Source: Legionella genomosp. 1 (GTDB taxonomy: Bacteria; Pseudomonadota; Gammaproteobacteria; Legionellales; Legionellaceae). Taken from it: 29,606 nucleotides of DNA. The position numbers and the translations under genes were made by a program. This document shows, one piece after another, positions 1 to 9,104 of this stretch. Within the stretch, counting starts at the first letter, position 1, and each line of letters begins with the position of its first letter. The notes beneath the pieces are model-generated. The model saw only the letters and a list, made by a program, of their open reading frames with translations, had not been told where the DNA came from and made no database searches. Location of the stretch: assembly GCA_945889365.1 (NCBI GenBank), contig CAMDBQ010000001.1, positions 1 to 29,606 on the forward strand. The letters are read 5' to 3'.

Positions 1-283
1 GAATGAGGGCAGTAATGGACGTTTTGCCTTCGCTGACTTGTTGTTTGTTAAAATATTCAGGCGCAATTTCTTTTAGCGGTAGAAATCCCTGGCGTTTGGA
101 GCCGTATTCGACAAAAACAGCATCCAAGCTAGGTTCTCGTCGAGTCACAACTGCTTTGTATATATTGCCTTTTTTCTTAACTTCTGACGGACATTCAATG
201 TCCAGGTCATACAAATGATTATCTTTAACTAAGGCAACGCGCACTTCTTCAGTTTGCGTTGCGTTGATTAGCATTTTTTCCAT
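1..283 (-). CDS. rne: Ribonuclease E, N-terminal part (runs off the left edge; absent from the ORF track)
   Basis: Reverse strand from ATG at 283 reads MEKMLINATQTEEVRVALVKDNHLYDLDIECPSEVKKKGNIYKAVVTRREPSLDAVFVEYGSKRQGFLPLKEIAPEYF, the RNase E/G N-terminus. It is divergent from rluC, as in many gammaproteobacteria. Confidence 0.95.
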   Translation of the reverse strand, partial: MEKMLINATQTEEVRVALVKDNHLYDLDIECPSEVKKKGNIYKAVVTRREPSLDAVFVEYGSKRQGFLPLKEIAPEYFNKQQVSEGKTSITALI

Positions 284-684
284 CTTTTACCCCTATAAAG
301 GGCGCTGCAGTCTTGAGTGCGATAAATATAGGTTTGTCCGGGCTCGGACGCTTCTATGTTTACCCAATCTTGAGCCAGGTTAAAGACAGACCGTGCGCAA
401 GCTACCTTCTAATCGAGAGGTGCATACCTATGGAACAGGTATGTCTGGCTTGCGTGGGTATCTGAATGAGTTAGGTTCAAGCTTGGGTTGCTTCTTTAAC
501 TATCATAAACTCAAGGGAAGCGCGTCTTGTTATTGTCTATATCCCACATGGCATCGTTAATTTTTTTACCAGCCGGTAAACTTTTTACTCGCAATATGCG
601 TTATAATTCTGTCGCGGACGAATTTTTTATCCGATCTCGCACGATGATATCAAAGAAATCACACGTAGGAAACAGGTTTAACAT

Positions 685-1647
685 ATGAATGATGTATATT
701 ACGCAGAAATCACGACAGAAGAAGATGGGCAACGCCTGGATAACTATTTATTGCGCATACTCAAGGGCGTACCTAAGAGCCACGTGTATCGGATCATTCG
801 TGGAGGCGAGGTTCGGGTAAATAAAAAACGTGCCAAACCGAGTTCGCGTTTGTGTCGCGGTGATATGATTCGCATCCCGCCAGTGCGGACTTCGCAGGAA
901 AAAGAGGTGCATGTTGGAGATCGTCTAACACAGCGATTGCATGAATGTGTTATTTATGAAGATGATCAGTTGTTAGTGGTTAACAAACCTGCCGGTATTG
1001 CGGTTCATGGTGGTAGTGGGTTGAGTTTGGGTATGATTGAAGCCTTACGCAAAACGCGTACAGATTTACCGTATCTTGAGCTGGTTCATCGGCTTGATAA
1101 AGACACATCCGGTTGTTTGGTTTTGGCGAAAAAACGCAGTGTACTTCGCTCCATTCAGGCTTTGCTTGAAGCGCGAACGGTTACCAAAACTTATTGGGCG
1201 CTGCTGTTACATCCTTGGGAGGGAAAGAAATCAGTTATTGTCGATGCTCCTCTGGAAAAAAACACACTTAAATCAGGTGAACGCTTCGTTGTAGTTAATC
1301 CTGAGGGAAAACCATCGCAGACCAGTTTTAAGTTGCTGGAAAATTATAAACAAGCGTGCTGGGTCGAAGCGCGTCCTAAAACCGGCCGTACACATCAAAT
1401 ACGTGTGCATAGCGTGTGCTTGGGTCATCCCATTATAGGTGATCCGAAATATGGCAAGGATGTGCCAATCGATGGGCTTAATTCATCGAATCAACGTCTT
1501 TATTTGCATGCCAGAGCAATTCAATTTAATCTGAATGGTAAGGAACATGTGTTTCAGGCAGATTTGGATGATAAGTTTGCAAATACATTGAAGGGATTAA
1601 GGAGTAAAACGCACCATGAAGAAACCCTACCGCCTGGTGGTATTTGA
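685..1647 (+). CDS. rluC: 23S rRNA pseudouridine synthase RluC
   Basis: S4 domain (GQRLDNYL...YRIIRGGEVRVN), catalytic HRLDKDTSG, GRTHQIRVH motif; divergent from rne. Confidence 0.95.
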   Translation: MNDVYYAEITTEEDGQRLDNYLLRILKGVPKSHVYRIIRGGEVRVNKKRAKPSSRLCRGDMIRIPPVRTSQEKEVHVGDRLTQRLHECVIYEDDQLLVVNKPAGIAVHGGSGLSLGMIEALRKTRTDLPYLELVHRLDKDTSGCLVLAKKRSVLRSIQALLEARTVTKTYWALLLHPWEGKKSVIVDAPLEKNTLKSGERFVVVNPEGKPSQTSFKLLENYKQACWVEARPKTGRTHQIRVHSVCLGHPIIGDPKYGKDVPIDGLNSSNQRLYLHARAIQFNLNGKEHVFQADLDDKFANTLKGLRSKTHHEETLPPGGI

Positions 1648-2275
1648 TTGGGAAGGTACATTAGGTGATACGTTAGGCCATGTTTTAAATACGCTGGGTA
1701 CACAGGCGCGGCGCTTGCAGTTTGGTGAACTTGACGATCAGACTGCCAGACAGCATGTGGCTCTGGGTTTGACGAGAGCTGCAAAAAAGCTGTTCCCTCA
1801 TTTGTCCTTGCATCAGCATGAGCAACTGTTGTTAGCCGTGCAACAGGAGTTATCTACATCGTCTCCTGGCGACCTTATTTTTTCCGGTTCTAAACATATC
1901 ATCCAACAAATGCAGCGTGCAGGCATGGACTTGGCGATTGCCACGAACAGAGGGCAGCAGTCATTGCACCGAGCCTTGCAAGAGTCAGGATTGGATGAGT
2001 TTTTCAAGGTGACGCGAGCAGCAGGGCAGTCTCCACCAAAACCGTGTCCGCAAATGCTGGAAGAGATCATGGACGTGTTTGACGTGCCGCCTACTGAAAC
2101 GCTCATGATTGGTGATTCATTGTCTGATATTGAGATGGCCCAATTGGCAGGCGTTGACGCCATTGGGGTGGACTTTTATCATCAGCAAGGGCCGGAATTA
2201 ATCGCTGCCGGAGCGTTGGCTGTATTTGATGATTATGCGCGTTTGGCGGATTATTTGGATTTGTCGGATGTTTAA
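1616..2275 (+). CDS. HAD-IA family hydrolase (phosphoglycolate phosphatase-like)
   Basis: FDWEGTL motif I variant, ATN motif II, KPCP and IGDSLSD motifs; overlaps the rluC 3' end by 32 bp. Confidence 0.85.
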   Translation: MKKPYRLVVFDWEGTLGDTLGHVLNTLGTQARRLQFGELDDQTARQHVALGLTRAAKKLFPHLSLHQHEQLLLAVQQELSTSSPGDLIFSGSKHIIQQMQRAGMDLAIATNRGQQSLHRALQESGLDEFFKVTRAAGQSPPKPCPQMLEEIMDVFDVPPTETLMIGDSLSDIEMAQLAGVDAIGVDFYHQQGPELIAAGALAVFDDYARLADYLDLSDV

Positions 2276-2290
2276 CCTTGAGGGATTGTT

Positions 2291-2854
2291 GTGAGTACAT
2301 TAACTAGTTTGCCAAATTTGTTAACCTTGATGCGCATTGTGCTCATTCCAGTATTTATTGGCGTGTATTATTTGCCCTTTGAAGGGGCGCACGTAGCCGC
2401 TGCTATTATTTTCGCATTGGCTAGCGTAACCGATTGGTTGGATGGTTTTCTCGCACGTCGATTAAAGCAGATGTCACCATTTGGTGCGTTTCTTGATCCA
2501 GTAGCGGATAAATTACTGATTGCGTCAACTTTGTTGGTATTGGTGAGCGCAAAAGATATCAACTACATTGTTTTACCTGCCATTGTGATTGTAGGGCGTG
2601 AAATTGTGATTTCTGCATTACGTGAGTGGATGGCCGAAGTCGGAAGTCGCACGAGCGTTGCGGTGAGTTATGTTGGGAAAATCAAAACAGCCATGCAAAT
2701 GATCGCTTTGATTTTGTTAATAGCCTTTCCTCCTGAGACTACTTTTTTGGGAATCATTGGCTTTATCTTGTTGTACGTGGCGGCAATTTTGACGATATGG
2801 TCAATGGTAGTTTATCTCACGATCGCTTGGCCGCAATTAACTGAAAAAACTTGA
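2291..2854 (+). CDS. pgsA: CDP-diacylglycerol--glycerol-3-phosphate 3-phosphatidyltransferase
   Basis: PNLLTLMRI and TDWLDGFLARR...FGAFLDPVADK CDP-alcohol transferase motif; GTG start; lies upstream of the Gly-Cys-Leu tRNAs, the conserved arrangement. Confidence 0.96.
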   Translation: MSTLTSLPNLLTLMRIVLIPVFIGVYYLPFEGAHVAAAIIFALASVTDWLDGFLARRLKQMSPFGAFLDPVADKLLIASTLLVLVSAKDINYIVLPAIVIVGREIVISALREWMAEVGSRTSVAVSYVGKIKTAMQMIALILLIAFPPETTFLGIIGFILLYVAAILTIWSMVVYLTIAWPQLTEKT

Positions 2855-2863
2855 AAAAAGCTG

Positions 2864-2891
2864 TTGACAGCGTCCTTAATTCCGGTAAAAT
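2864..2891 (+). promoter_or_regulatory. Sigma70 promoter of the tRNA operon
   Basis: TTGACA (2864-2869), 16-bp spacer, TAAAAT (2886-2891), then a C-rich discriminator (CCCTCCC) just upstream of tRNA-Gly. Confidence 0.85.
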
Positions 2892-2906
2892 CCCTCCCGA
2901 AGACAT

Positions 2907-2981
2907 GCGGGAATAGCTCAGTGGTAGAGCACAACCTTGCCAAGGTTGGGGTCGCGAGTTCGAGCCTCGTTTCCCGCTCCA
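2907..2981 (+). tRNA. tRNA-Gly (GCC)
   Basis: GCGGGAATAGCTCAG...CTT-GCC-AA...GTTCGAG...TCCCGCTCCA; 75 nt; CCA encoded. Confidence 0.98.
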
Positions 2982-2985
2982 AATT

Positions 2986-3012
2986 AAAGCGACAGCACGT
3001 CGCTTTTTTTTT
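2986..3012 (+). terminator. Intrinsic-terminator-like hairpin between tRNA-Gly and tRNA-Cys
   Basis: AAAGCGAC-agcac-GTCGCTTT followed by a T run to 3012. Confidence 0.65.
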
Positions 3013-3022
3013 AAGTCCCAAA

Positions 3023-3096
3023 GGCTGTGTGGCAGAGTGGTCATGCAGCGGCCTGCAAAGCCGCGTACGCCGGTCCGATTCCGGCCTCAGCCTCCA
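3023..3096 (+). tRNA. tRNA-Cys (GCA)
   Basis: Anticodon arm GCGGC-CTGCAAA-GCCGC, U73 discriminator, CCA end; 74 nt. The T-loop reads TCCGATT and the acceptor stem has a U6-U67 mismatch. Confidence 0.95.
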
Positions 3097-3103
3097 TATT
3101 TAT

Positions 3104-3190
3104 GCCCAGGTGGCGAAACAGGTAGACGCAAGGGATTTAAAATCCCTCGGTGGTAACACCATGCCGGTTCGATTCCGGCCCTGGGCACCA
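3104..3190 (+). tRNA. tRNA-Leu (TAA)
   Basis: AGGGA-TTTAAAA-TCCCT anticodon arm, long variable arm, GGTTCGATTCC T-arm, CCA end; 87 nt. Confidence 0.97.
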
Positions 3191-3200
3191 TGTACAGATT

Positions 3201-3350
3201 TTGTAAGGTTTCGTAAGTGGTCGTAATGATGCGTAACTACTTGATTATTAAATAAATAAATAGCATTGACTTCTTGTTCTCAAATCGTTCTCAACTATTC
3301 GTAATTTTTCGCATGTAACCGCGAGAACTTTGGGTAAGATTTTGGGTAAG
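3201..3350. repeat. Phased short direct repeats, possibly the end of an integrative element
   Basis: GTAA at 3203, 3213, 3223 and 3233 (10-bp period); TTTGGGTAAG at 3329 and 3341; AT-rich spacer between the two clusters. Confidence 0.55.
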
Positions 3351-3412
3351 GTTTTTTTACTTCTCTCCCCAAAGTTGCCTGTGTGTAGCGAATTGTTAAA
3401 AAAATAAAAAAA

Positions 3413-4306
3413 TTACAATTTATTTTTAAGTTTCACTACCTCACCTTGGGATAAGCCAGTAAATTTACTGATTTTATCTAATGGTTCATTATCTATTAGC
3501 ATGTTGATAGCTATTTTCTCAATGCCTTGCTCAATGCCTTGCTCAATGCCTTTTTCAATGCCTTTGATTTCACCTTCAATAAGGCCTTCAGCATACTTAT
3601 CCATAATCAGTGTTTTTTCACGACTGACTTGATCCCAATAGCTTTCATAAAGATGAAGCTCCCCTGGCGTATAAGCCGATTCTTCGGCAAGTTCTACGGC
3701 TTGTGCTATCTCTGGTATTGCAAGCAGATCTTTTGAAACTGCGGTTGTTTTTTCGTCAACCTCACGTAGAAACCGTAGCCATAATAATCGGAGTTTTTTC
3801 TCGTTCGATGATTGAATAGGAAATTTAGGTAGTTCAATAAAAATTAGTTGTAGATGATCAATTGCATCACTATTCTCAGCATCACTCTTTTTGACCAATT
3901 GATAGTGATGATACCATTCAGATGTTGTTTTTTCATAAATTTCAGCGACAATACCTAAACCATAAACCGGTTGAAGAAACTTATATTCCTCACCCTTTTC
4001 TAGTTGTTTTACGAATGCTTGACTGGTTCCAAAGAGTAAGCGTTGTTTAAAATGATCGGTCCAATTCATTTGCATCTCAACGATAAAGACCCGCCCTTGT
4101 GCATCCGTGCATTTTACATCAGCAATGGTGCGTTTGAATTCAGGGATAACCGGAACTTGTTCATTTTGAAGATAGGTCAGGGATACAATAGGGCTATTGG
4201 TTGGTAATGGAAGCAAGGCATTTAAAAAACTGATTAATAGCTTCGGGTGATCGCCAAATATCTTCTTAAATACGACATCCGCTTTTGGATCAAGGTATCG
4301 CGACAT
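3413..4306 (-). CDS. Rpn family recombination-promoting nuclease / PD-(D/E)XK putative transposase
   Basis: Start taken at ATG 4306 (MSRYLDPKADVVFKKIFG). Motifs: IADVKC...FIVEMQ, HLQLIFIELPKF, and C-terminal EG/GIEQG repeats with a short helical tail (KISKFTGLS). Confidence 0.9.
   Translation of the reverse strand: MSRYLDPKADVVFKKIFGDHPKLLISFLNALLPLPTNSPIVSLTYLQNEQVPVIPEFKRTIADVKCTDAQGRVFIVEMQMNWTDHFKQRLLFGTSQAFVKQLEKGEEYKFLQPVYGLGIVAEIYEKTTSEWYHHYQLVKKSDAENSDAIDHLQLIFIELPKFPIQSSNEKKLRLLWLRFLREVDEKTTAVSKDLLAIPEIAQAVELAEESAYTPGELHLYESYWDQVSREKTLIMDKYAEGLIEGEIKGIEKGIEQGIEQGIEKIAINMLIDNEPLDKISKFTGLSQGEVVKLKNKL
3519..3566. repeat. 12-bp coding tandem repeat x4 within the Rpn C-terminus
   Basis: TCAATGCCTTGC, TCAATGCCTTGC, TCAATGCCTTTT, TCAATGCCTTTG; encodes GIEK/GIEQ units on the minus strand. 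Confidence 0.9.
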
Positions 4307-4436
4307 GATGTTTAATCTCTTCTTGTTCGGTAAATTGCGCTGCCTAATCGTACCACCCAATCATATCGGTTATTATACTACAAGTCATCCAACATTCATC
4401 AGAATTTGCAATATTTGTGTTGCAATTAATCATTCG

Positions 4437-4820
4437 CTACACACAGGATAGAATAGGGAAAACAATCCCGATCACAACCGCCCGTTCTTCCCCCAACAAA
4501 ACATTAAACGTCCGGCTGGCTGCACCTATCGACATGCATTCAATGCCGATGCGTTGTTTTGACAGATACTCAATGAGATGCATCGGTACGTTATCGCCCA
4601 GCTGGTTGTGGCCGATGAGGATGACTTCAGGTTGCATTTCAAGAATTGGGTTTAGTCGCTCTTCCGTTAAATCCTGTACTGAATAAATGGGCCAAGGTGA
4701 GAAAATCGCTTGTCTGCCAATGATTAAACTTTGGTTATATTGGATATTGTTAGCCATGATTTGCGAATCGCTATACGATTGTATCGTGTGCTTTTCGCGC
4801 GTTTCCAGATTGATTTGCAT
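4437..4820 (-). CDS. Mth938-like domain (DUF498) protein
   Basis: TIQSYS...PEVILIG...IGIECMSIGAASRTFNVLLGEERAV pattern. Confidence 0.85.
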   Translation of the reverse strand: MQINLETREKHTIQSYSDSQIMANNIQYNQSLIIGRQAIFSPWPIYSVQDLTEERLNPILEMQPEVILIGHNQLGDNVPMHLIEYLSKQRIGIECMSIGAASRTFNVLLGEERAVVIGIVFPILSCV

Positions 4821-4877
4821 AGTGTTTAATGGCTCATTAATTTATACTTCACTTATTATAACACAAGGGTTAACACC

Positions 4878-6071
4878 ATGAGCCAGTTTCCACGTATTGA
4901 TCGACTTCCGCCGTATGTATTTAACACCTTAACCCAGCTTAAATTGAAGGCGCGATCGCGTGGTGAGGACATTATTGATTTTGGTATGGGAAATCCCGAC
5001 CAACCTACACCAAAGCATATTGTTGATAAACTAATTGAAACGGTGCAACGCCCTGATACGCATCGTTATTCAATGTCTAAAGGCATTCCACGTTTGCGAC
5101 GTGCCATGGCTACTTGGTATAAACGTAATTATGACGTGACTCTGGATAGCGAAACACAAGTGTTGACCACGATTGGTTCGAAAGAAGGTTTGGCGCATTT
5201 GGCGTTGGCGATTTCAGGGCCTGGTGATACCATTCTTGTGCCTGATCCGGCTTATCCAATTCATACGTATGGATTTGTGATTGCGGGCGCGAATGTTGAA
5301 CAAATTCCCTTGATTAATGAAGTGCAATTCTTGCAAGCAATAGAAGAATCCATTGGCAAAAATTGGCCTAAGCCAAAAGCGCTGGTGATTAGTTTTCCAG
5401 CCAACCCCAGCACGCATTGTGTCGAGTATGATTTTTTCGTGAAAATTGTAGCACTGGCTAAAGAGCACGGTATTTGGGTGATTCATGACTTGGCTTATGC
5501 AGATATCGTATTTGATGGTTATAAAGCGCCATCAATTTTGCAAGTGCCAGGTGCTATTGATATTGCCGTTGAAACCTATTCACTGTCTAAATCATATAAC
5601 ATGGCAGGATGGCGCGTGGGTTTTGTCTGCGGTAATGCAGAATTAATTGCGGCTTTAACACGAATTAAATCGTATATGGATTACGGAACGTTTACACCTA
5701 TTCAAGTAGCAGCAATTGCAGCGTTGGAAGGTCCGGATGATTGCGTCCATGAGATCCGTGATCTATATGAGACGCGTCGGAATGTGCTGTGTGATGGCTT
5801 AAATGATATGGGTTGGGCCGTTGATCGTCCAAAGGCAACCATGTTTGTCTGGGCGCCGATCCCCTCTTTTTATAGTCAAATGGGATCGATGGAGTTTAGT
5901 AAATATTTATTAAATGAAGCCTGTGTGGCTGTGTCGCCGGGGATTGGATTTGGCCAGCAAGGTGATGGGTTTGTACGTTTTGGTTTGATTGAAAATACAC
6001 AACGTATTCGTCAGGCAGTAAAAAACATGAAGCAGTTGTTCAAGCGTGATGGCTATTTGAAGGCAGTTTGA
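4878..6071 (+). CDS. alaC: PLP-dependent class I/II aminotransferase, AlaC (alanine transaminase) type
   Basis: [13 protein letters not shown]-terminus, [25 protein letters not shown]-lysine motif, [15 protein letters not shown]. Confidence 0.85.
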   Translation: MSQFPRIDRLPPYVFNTLTQLKLKARSRGEDIIDFGMGNPDQPTPKHIVDKLIETVQRPDTHRYSMSKGIPRLRRAMATWYKRNYDVTLDSETQVLTTIGSKEGLAHLALAISGPGDTILVPDPAYPIHTYGFVIAGANVEQIPLINEVQFLQAIEESIGKNWPKPKALVISFPANPSTHCVEYDFFVKIVALAKEHGIWVIHDLAYADIVFDGYKAPSILQVPGAIDIAVETYSLSKSYNMAGWRVGFVCGNAELIAALTRIKSYMDYGTFTPIQVAAIAALEGPDDCVHEIRDLYETRRNVLCDGLNDMGWAVDRPKATMFVWAPIPSFYSQMGSMEFSKYLLNEACVAVSPGIGFGQQGDGFVRFGLIENTQRIRQAVKNMKQLFKRDGYLKAV

Positions 6072-6072
6072 A

Positions 6073-6885
6073 ATGGATGTTATCGTTAATAGTTGCGCCG
6101 GAGGGGCAGTCGGCGCGCGCCCTTCACATGGTAATTTCTACACCAACATTCTAACCTGCCTCGGCTACCTACCCCAAAATCCACCCGTTGCTGATCTGTT
6201 GCGCCGTTACCACAAACTCGAAGGCCAGTGGTTAATTGCCTCCCCTATACATTGGCAAGCTACACATAATGACGCCATGATCATGGCCTGTGATGACGCG
6301 CTGGATTTAACCGATGATGAGTCACGCGGCTGGTTTGCAGTCTTGGTTGAATTTCTCAAGCATGATCCGGTTAAATTACATTACCATGACGCCTACACAT
6401 GGTTGATTCAATTTAGCGAATGTCCACCGATCGGTGCTAAACCGGTACATGGTTTAATACAGCAATCCATGATGCAGCATCTGCAAGCATTGGACCCCAC
6501 TTTGTTTTGGTCGCGGTTTCTTACTGAAAATCAAATGTTTTTCAGTGAGCATCCGTTGAACAAGGAGCGAGAAGGGCGCTATCCTGTTAATGGGGTGTGG
6601 ATTTGGGGTGGTGGTGAGTTGAAAGAGCGGGAATCACGGCCTTTAATTTGTGGTGATGAGGTTACTCGTGAGTTGGCTGGGTTGTTGTCTAGTCATGTTG
6701 ATCGTTATCATTTAGGTCAAAAAACATCCAAAGATGCCATCATGCTGTTTTCTGATTTTGATGAGCTGCTGGCGCGTCAGTTTGAAAAAAAGACGGTGCA
6801 TTGGTATTGGAATGATGTGGCGTATGTTACCAAGGCTAAAGGCTGGCTCGCACGCTTAATGGGTAACCTCTTCCTTCATATATAG
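6073..6885 (+). CDS. Conserved hypothetical protein of the type found upstream of recJ (remote phosphoglycerate-mutase-like)
   Basis: ASPIHWQATHNDAMI and PVNGVWIWGGG motifs; located between alaC and recJ. Confidence 0.6.
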   Translation: MDVIVNSCAGGAVGARPSHGNFYTNILTCLGYLPQNPPVADLLRRYHKLEGQWLIASPIHWQATHNDAMIMACDDALDLTDDESRGWFAVLVEFLKHDPVKLHYHDAYTWLIQFSECPPIGAKPVHGLIQQSMMQHLQALDPTLFWSRFLTENQMFFSEHPLNKEREGRYPVNGVWIWGGGELKERESRPLICGDEVTRELAGLLSSHVDRYHLGQKTSKDAIMLFSDFDELLARQFEKKTVHWYWNDVAYVTKAKGWLARLMGNLFLHI

Positions 6886-6953
6886 GGTGGCACCTCGCTG
6901 CGATACTTTGCCACCCTGCAGAAGCGAACAAGTTACATTGGAGAAAATTTAAA

Positions 6954-8681
6954 GTGAATATAAAACAACGCACATTACCCACAACGCTGCCATCATTGCC
7001 TACATTCCCACCCATTCTACAGAGAATTTACGCGGCAAGAGATGTGGTTGATGAGGCGCAACTGGACAAGCGATTGCAAGCCTTATTGCCGTTTAATACG
7101 CTGACGGATATTGATAAAGCCTGTGCTCGCCTGGAAACAGCACTGCGTCAGCAGCAACGAATTTTAATTGTTGGCGATTTTGATGCGGATGGTGCGACCT
7201 CCAGTGCTTTAGCGATTGCAGCACTTCGTATCATGGGGGCGTTGCATGTTAATTTTCTGGTGCCGAATCGATTTACGTTTGGTTATGGTTTAACTCCTGG
7301 CATCATCGGTGTAGCAAAAGAATGGCAACCGCACTTGATCATTACGGTTGATAACGGCATTGCTAGTATTGAAGGCGTTGATGCGGCTAATGGTGCGGGT
7401 ATTGATGTATTGATTACCGATCACCATTTGCCAGCTGAAAAATTACCCAATGCCTGTGCTATTGTTAATCCAAATCAGGTTGGCGATCAATTCCCAAGTA
7501 AAGCCATCGCAGGCGTCGGTGTTATTTTCTATGTCATGTTAGCGCTGCGTCGTCGTTTGGTTGATTGCGGTTGGTTTAAATCTGCCAACATACCAGAGCC
7601 GAATATGGCACAGTTTCTTGATTTGGTCGCATTAGGAACCGTCGCTGACGTGGTGCCATTAGATAAGAATAATCGCATCTTGATTCATCAGGGAATGGAG
7701 CGCATTCGGCAAGGGCTATGCCGTCCTGGCATTCAAGGATTGATTAAAGTAGCTGGAAAACGTGCTGAAAAATTACGAGAAAGTGATTTGGGTTTTTCTA
7801 TCGCACCTCGATTGAATGCAGCTGGTCGATTGGATGATATGTCATTAGGCATAGAATGCTTATTAAGCGACAACGTAGAGAAAGCCTGCATGCTGGCCAG
7901 TCAGCTCGATGAGTTAAATCTTGAGCGGCGCCGAATTGAAACTGAAATGAAAGATCAGGCTATGCTGGCTTTAAATAAACTGGCATTAAATTCTGAGCAA
8001 GCTCTGCCAGTCGCCTTGTGTTTATTTGACCAGTCTTGGCATCAAGGTGTGATTGGGATTCTCGCGGGTCGTTTGAAAGAGCGTTATCATCGCCCGGTTA
8101 TTGCCTTTGCTGCCGGCAGTGAAACCGAGTTAAAGGGATCAGCGCGTTCAATACCCGGTTTGAATATCCGTGATGTGTTGGCTGATATTGATAAAAATAA
8201 CCCAGGCTTAATTACAAAATTTGGCGGACATGCCATGGCTGCTGGTTTGACATTGCATCAACAAGCGTTCCCGGTGTTCAAGGAAGCATTGATTAATGAA
8301 GTGGGTAAACATATTGATCTATCTGAATGTAAAGGCGAGTTATTAAGCGATGGCCCTCTGCAAGGGGCTGAGTTGAGTTTGGATTTGGCGCATGCTTTGC
8401 AAAGTGCCGGTCCGTGGGGACAACAATTTCCAGAGCCGCTTTTTGATAACGAATTCGAAATATTGGATCAACGCATTGTAGGGCAAAATCATTTGAAATT
8501 AACATTGGTGCGGGAGTTTGGTGGTCAACCGATTGATGCGATTGCATTTAATATTGATTTAAAACAATGGCCAAATCACCGAGCACGTTATTTGTATGCG
8601 GCGTATAGGCTGGACATAAACGAGTATAATGGACGGACTAAATTGCAGTTGATTGTTGCGTCGATGCAGGCGAAGGTGTAA
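6954..8681 (+). CDS. recJ: ssDNA-specific exonuclease RecJ
   Basis: GDFDADGATS, ITVDNGI, TDHH (DHH motif), LGTVADVV, FGGHAMAAG; GTG start. Confidence 0.97.
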   Translation: MNIKQRTLPTTLPSLPTFPPILQRIYAARDVVDEAQLDKRLQALLPFNTLTDIDKACARLETALRQQQRILIVGDFDADGATSSALAIAALRIMGALHVNFLVPNRFTFGYGLTPGIIGVAKEWQPHLIITVDNGIASIEGVDAANGAGIDVLITDHHLPAEKLPNACAIVNPNQVGDQFPSKAIAGVGVIFYVMLALRRRLVDCGWFKSANIPEPNMAQFLDLVALGTVADVVPLDKNNRILIHQGMERIRQGLCRPGIQGLIKVAGKRAEKLRESDLGFSIAPRLNAAGRLDDMSLGIECLLSDNVEKACMLASQLDELNLERRRIETEMKDQAMLALNKLALNSEQALPVALCLFDQSWHQGVIGILAGRLKERYHRPVIAFAAGSETELKGSARSIPGLNIRDVLADIDKNNPGLITKFGGHAMAAGLTLHQQAFPVFKEALINEVGKHIDLSECKGELLSDGPLQGAELSLDLAHALQSAGPWGQQFPEPLFDNEFEILDQRIVGQNHLKLTLVREFGGQPIDAIAFNIDLKQWPNHRARYLYAAYRLDINEYNGRTKLQLIVASMQAKV

Positions 8682-8687
8682 GGGGAT

Positions 8688-8752
8688 CCGAGCTGCCACC
8701 GTTAGGGAGTGTTTCATAATATTGAGAACACTCCCTAACGGTCGCAGCTCGG
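8688..8752. repeat. Long inverted repeat (REP-like doublet) between convergent genes
   Basis: The 26-bp arms 8688-8713 and 8727-8752 are reverse complements at 25/26 positions (GAGCTGCSACCGTTAGGGAGTG core). Confidence 0.8.
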
Positions 8753-8762
8753 TTTAATCTGA

Positions 8763-8999
8763 CTAACCAGCGGGTTCGTGATTACTGTTTTCCATCATTT
8801 GATGTTTGGAGGTTGATTTTACTGCCTGAACATCTTTTGTTGCACCAACAGCTGCGCCGTCAACTGTTTGACCCACGCCTGAAGCAGTCGATTCCAGACC
8901 TTTTGTTGTGCCTTGAAGTGTATTGCATGAGCTTAAGAATGCCGCGATCAATATAACAACACCCAAACCTAATGATGCTTTTTCTTTATAACGAGTCAT
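8763..8999 (-). CDS. Small lipoprotein, entericidin-like
   Basis: ATG at 8999 preceded by AGGAGG; basic N-region, hydrophobic core, lipobox LSSC, then NTLQG...VGATKDVQ. Confidence 0.7.
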   Translation of the reverse strand: MTRYKEKASLGLGVVILIAAFLSSCNTLQGTTKGLESTASGVGQTVDGAAVGATKDVQAVKSTSKHQMMENSNHEPAG

Positions 9000-9104
9000 A
9001 AATCCTCCTGGAAAATTAAATATGTACTTCATTCACTGAATACAGTTTAAGTAATAGAACATAACTTTCGATAAATCAAATTATTTCAACAAAATTTGCA
9101 CGCG

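Noticed and set aside
3-218. 71-aa plus-strand ORF
   Set aside because: Antisense shadow of rne.
1616-1647. 32-bp overlap of rluC and the HAD gene
   Set aside because: Both proteins look complete; this is a modest overlap with no sign of a frameshift.
2864-3226. 120-aa ORF and the antisense ORFs at 2812-3044
   Set aside because: They overlap three bona fide tRNA genes and are spurious.
4405-4426. TTGCAA-N8-TTGCAA palindrome near the Rpn promoter region
   Set aside because: A short AT-rich match is expected by chance, and I cannot assign a regulator.
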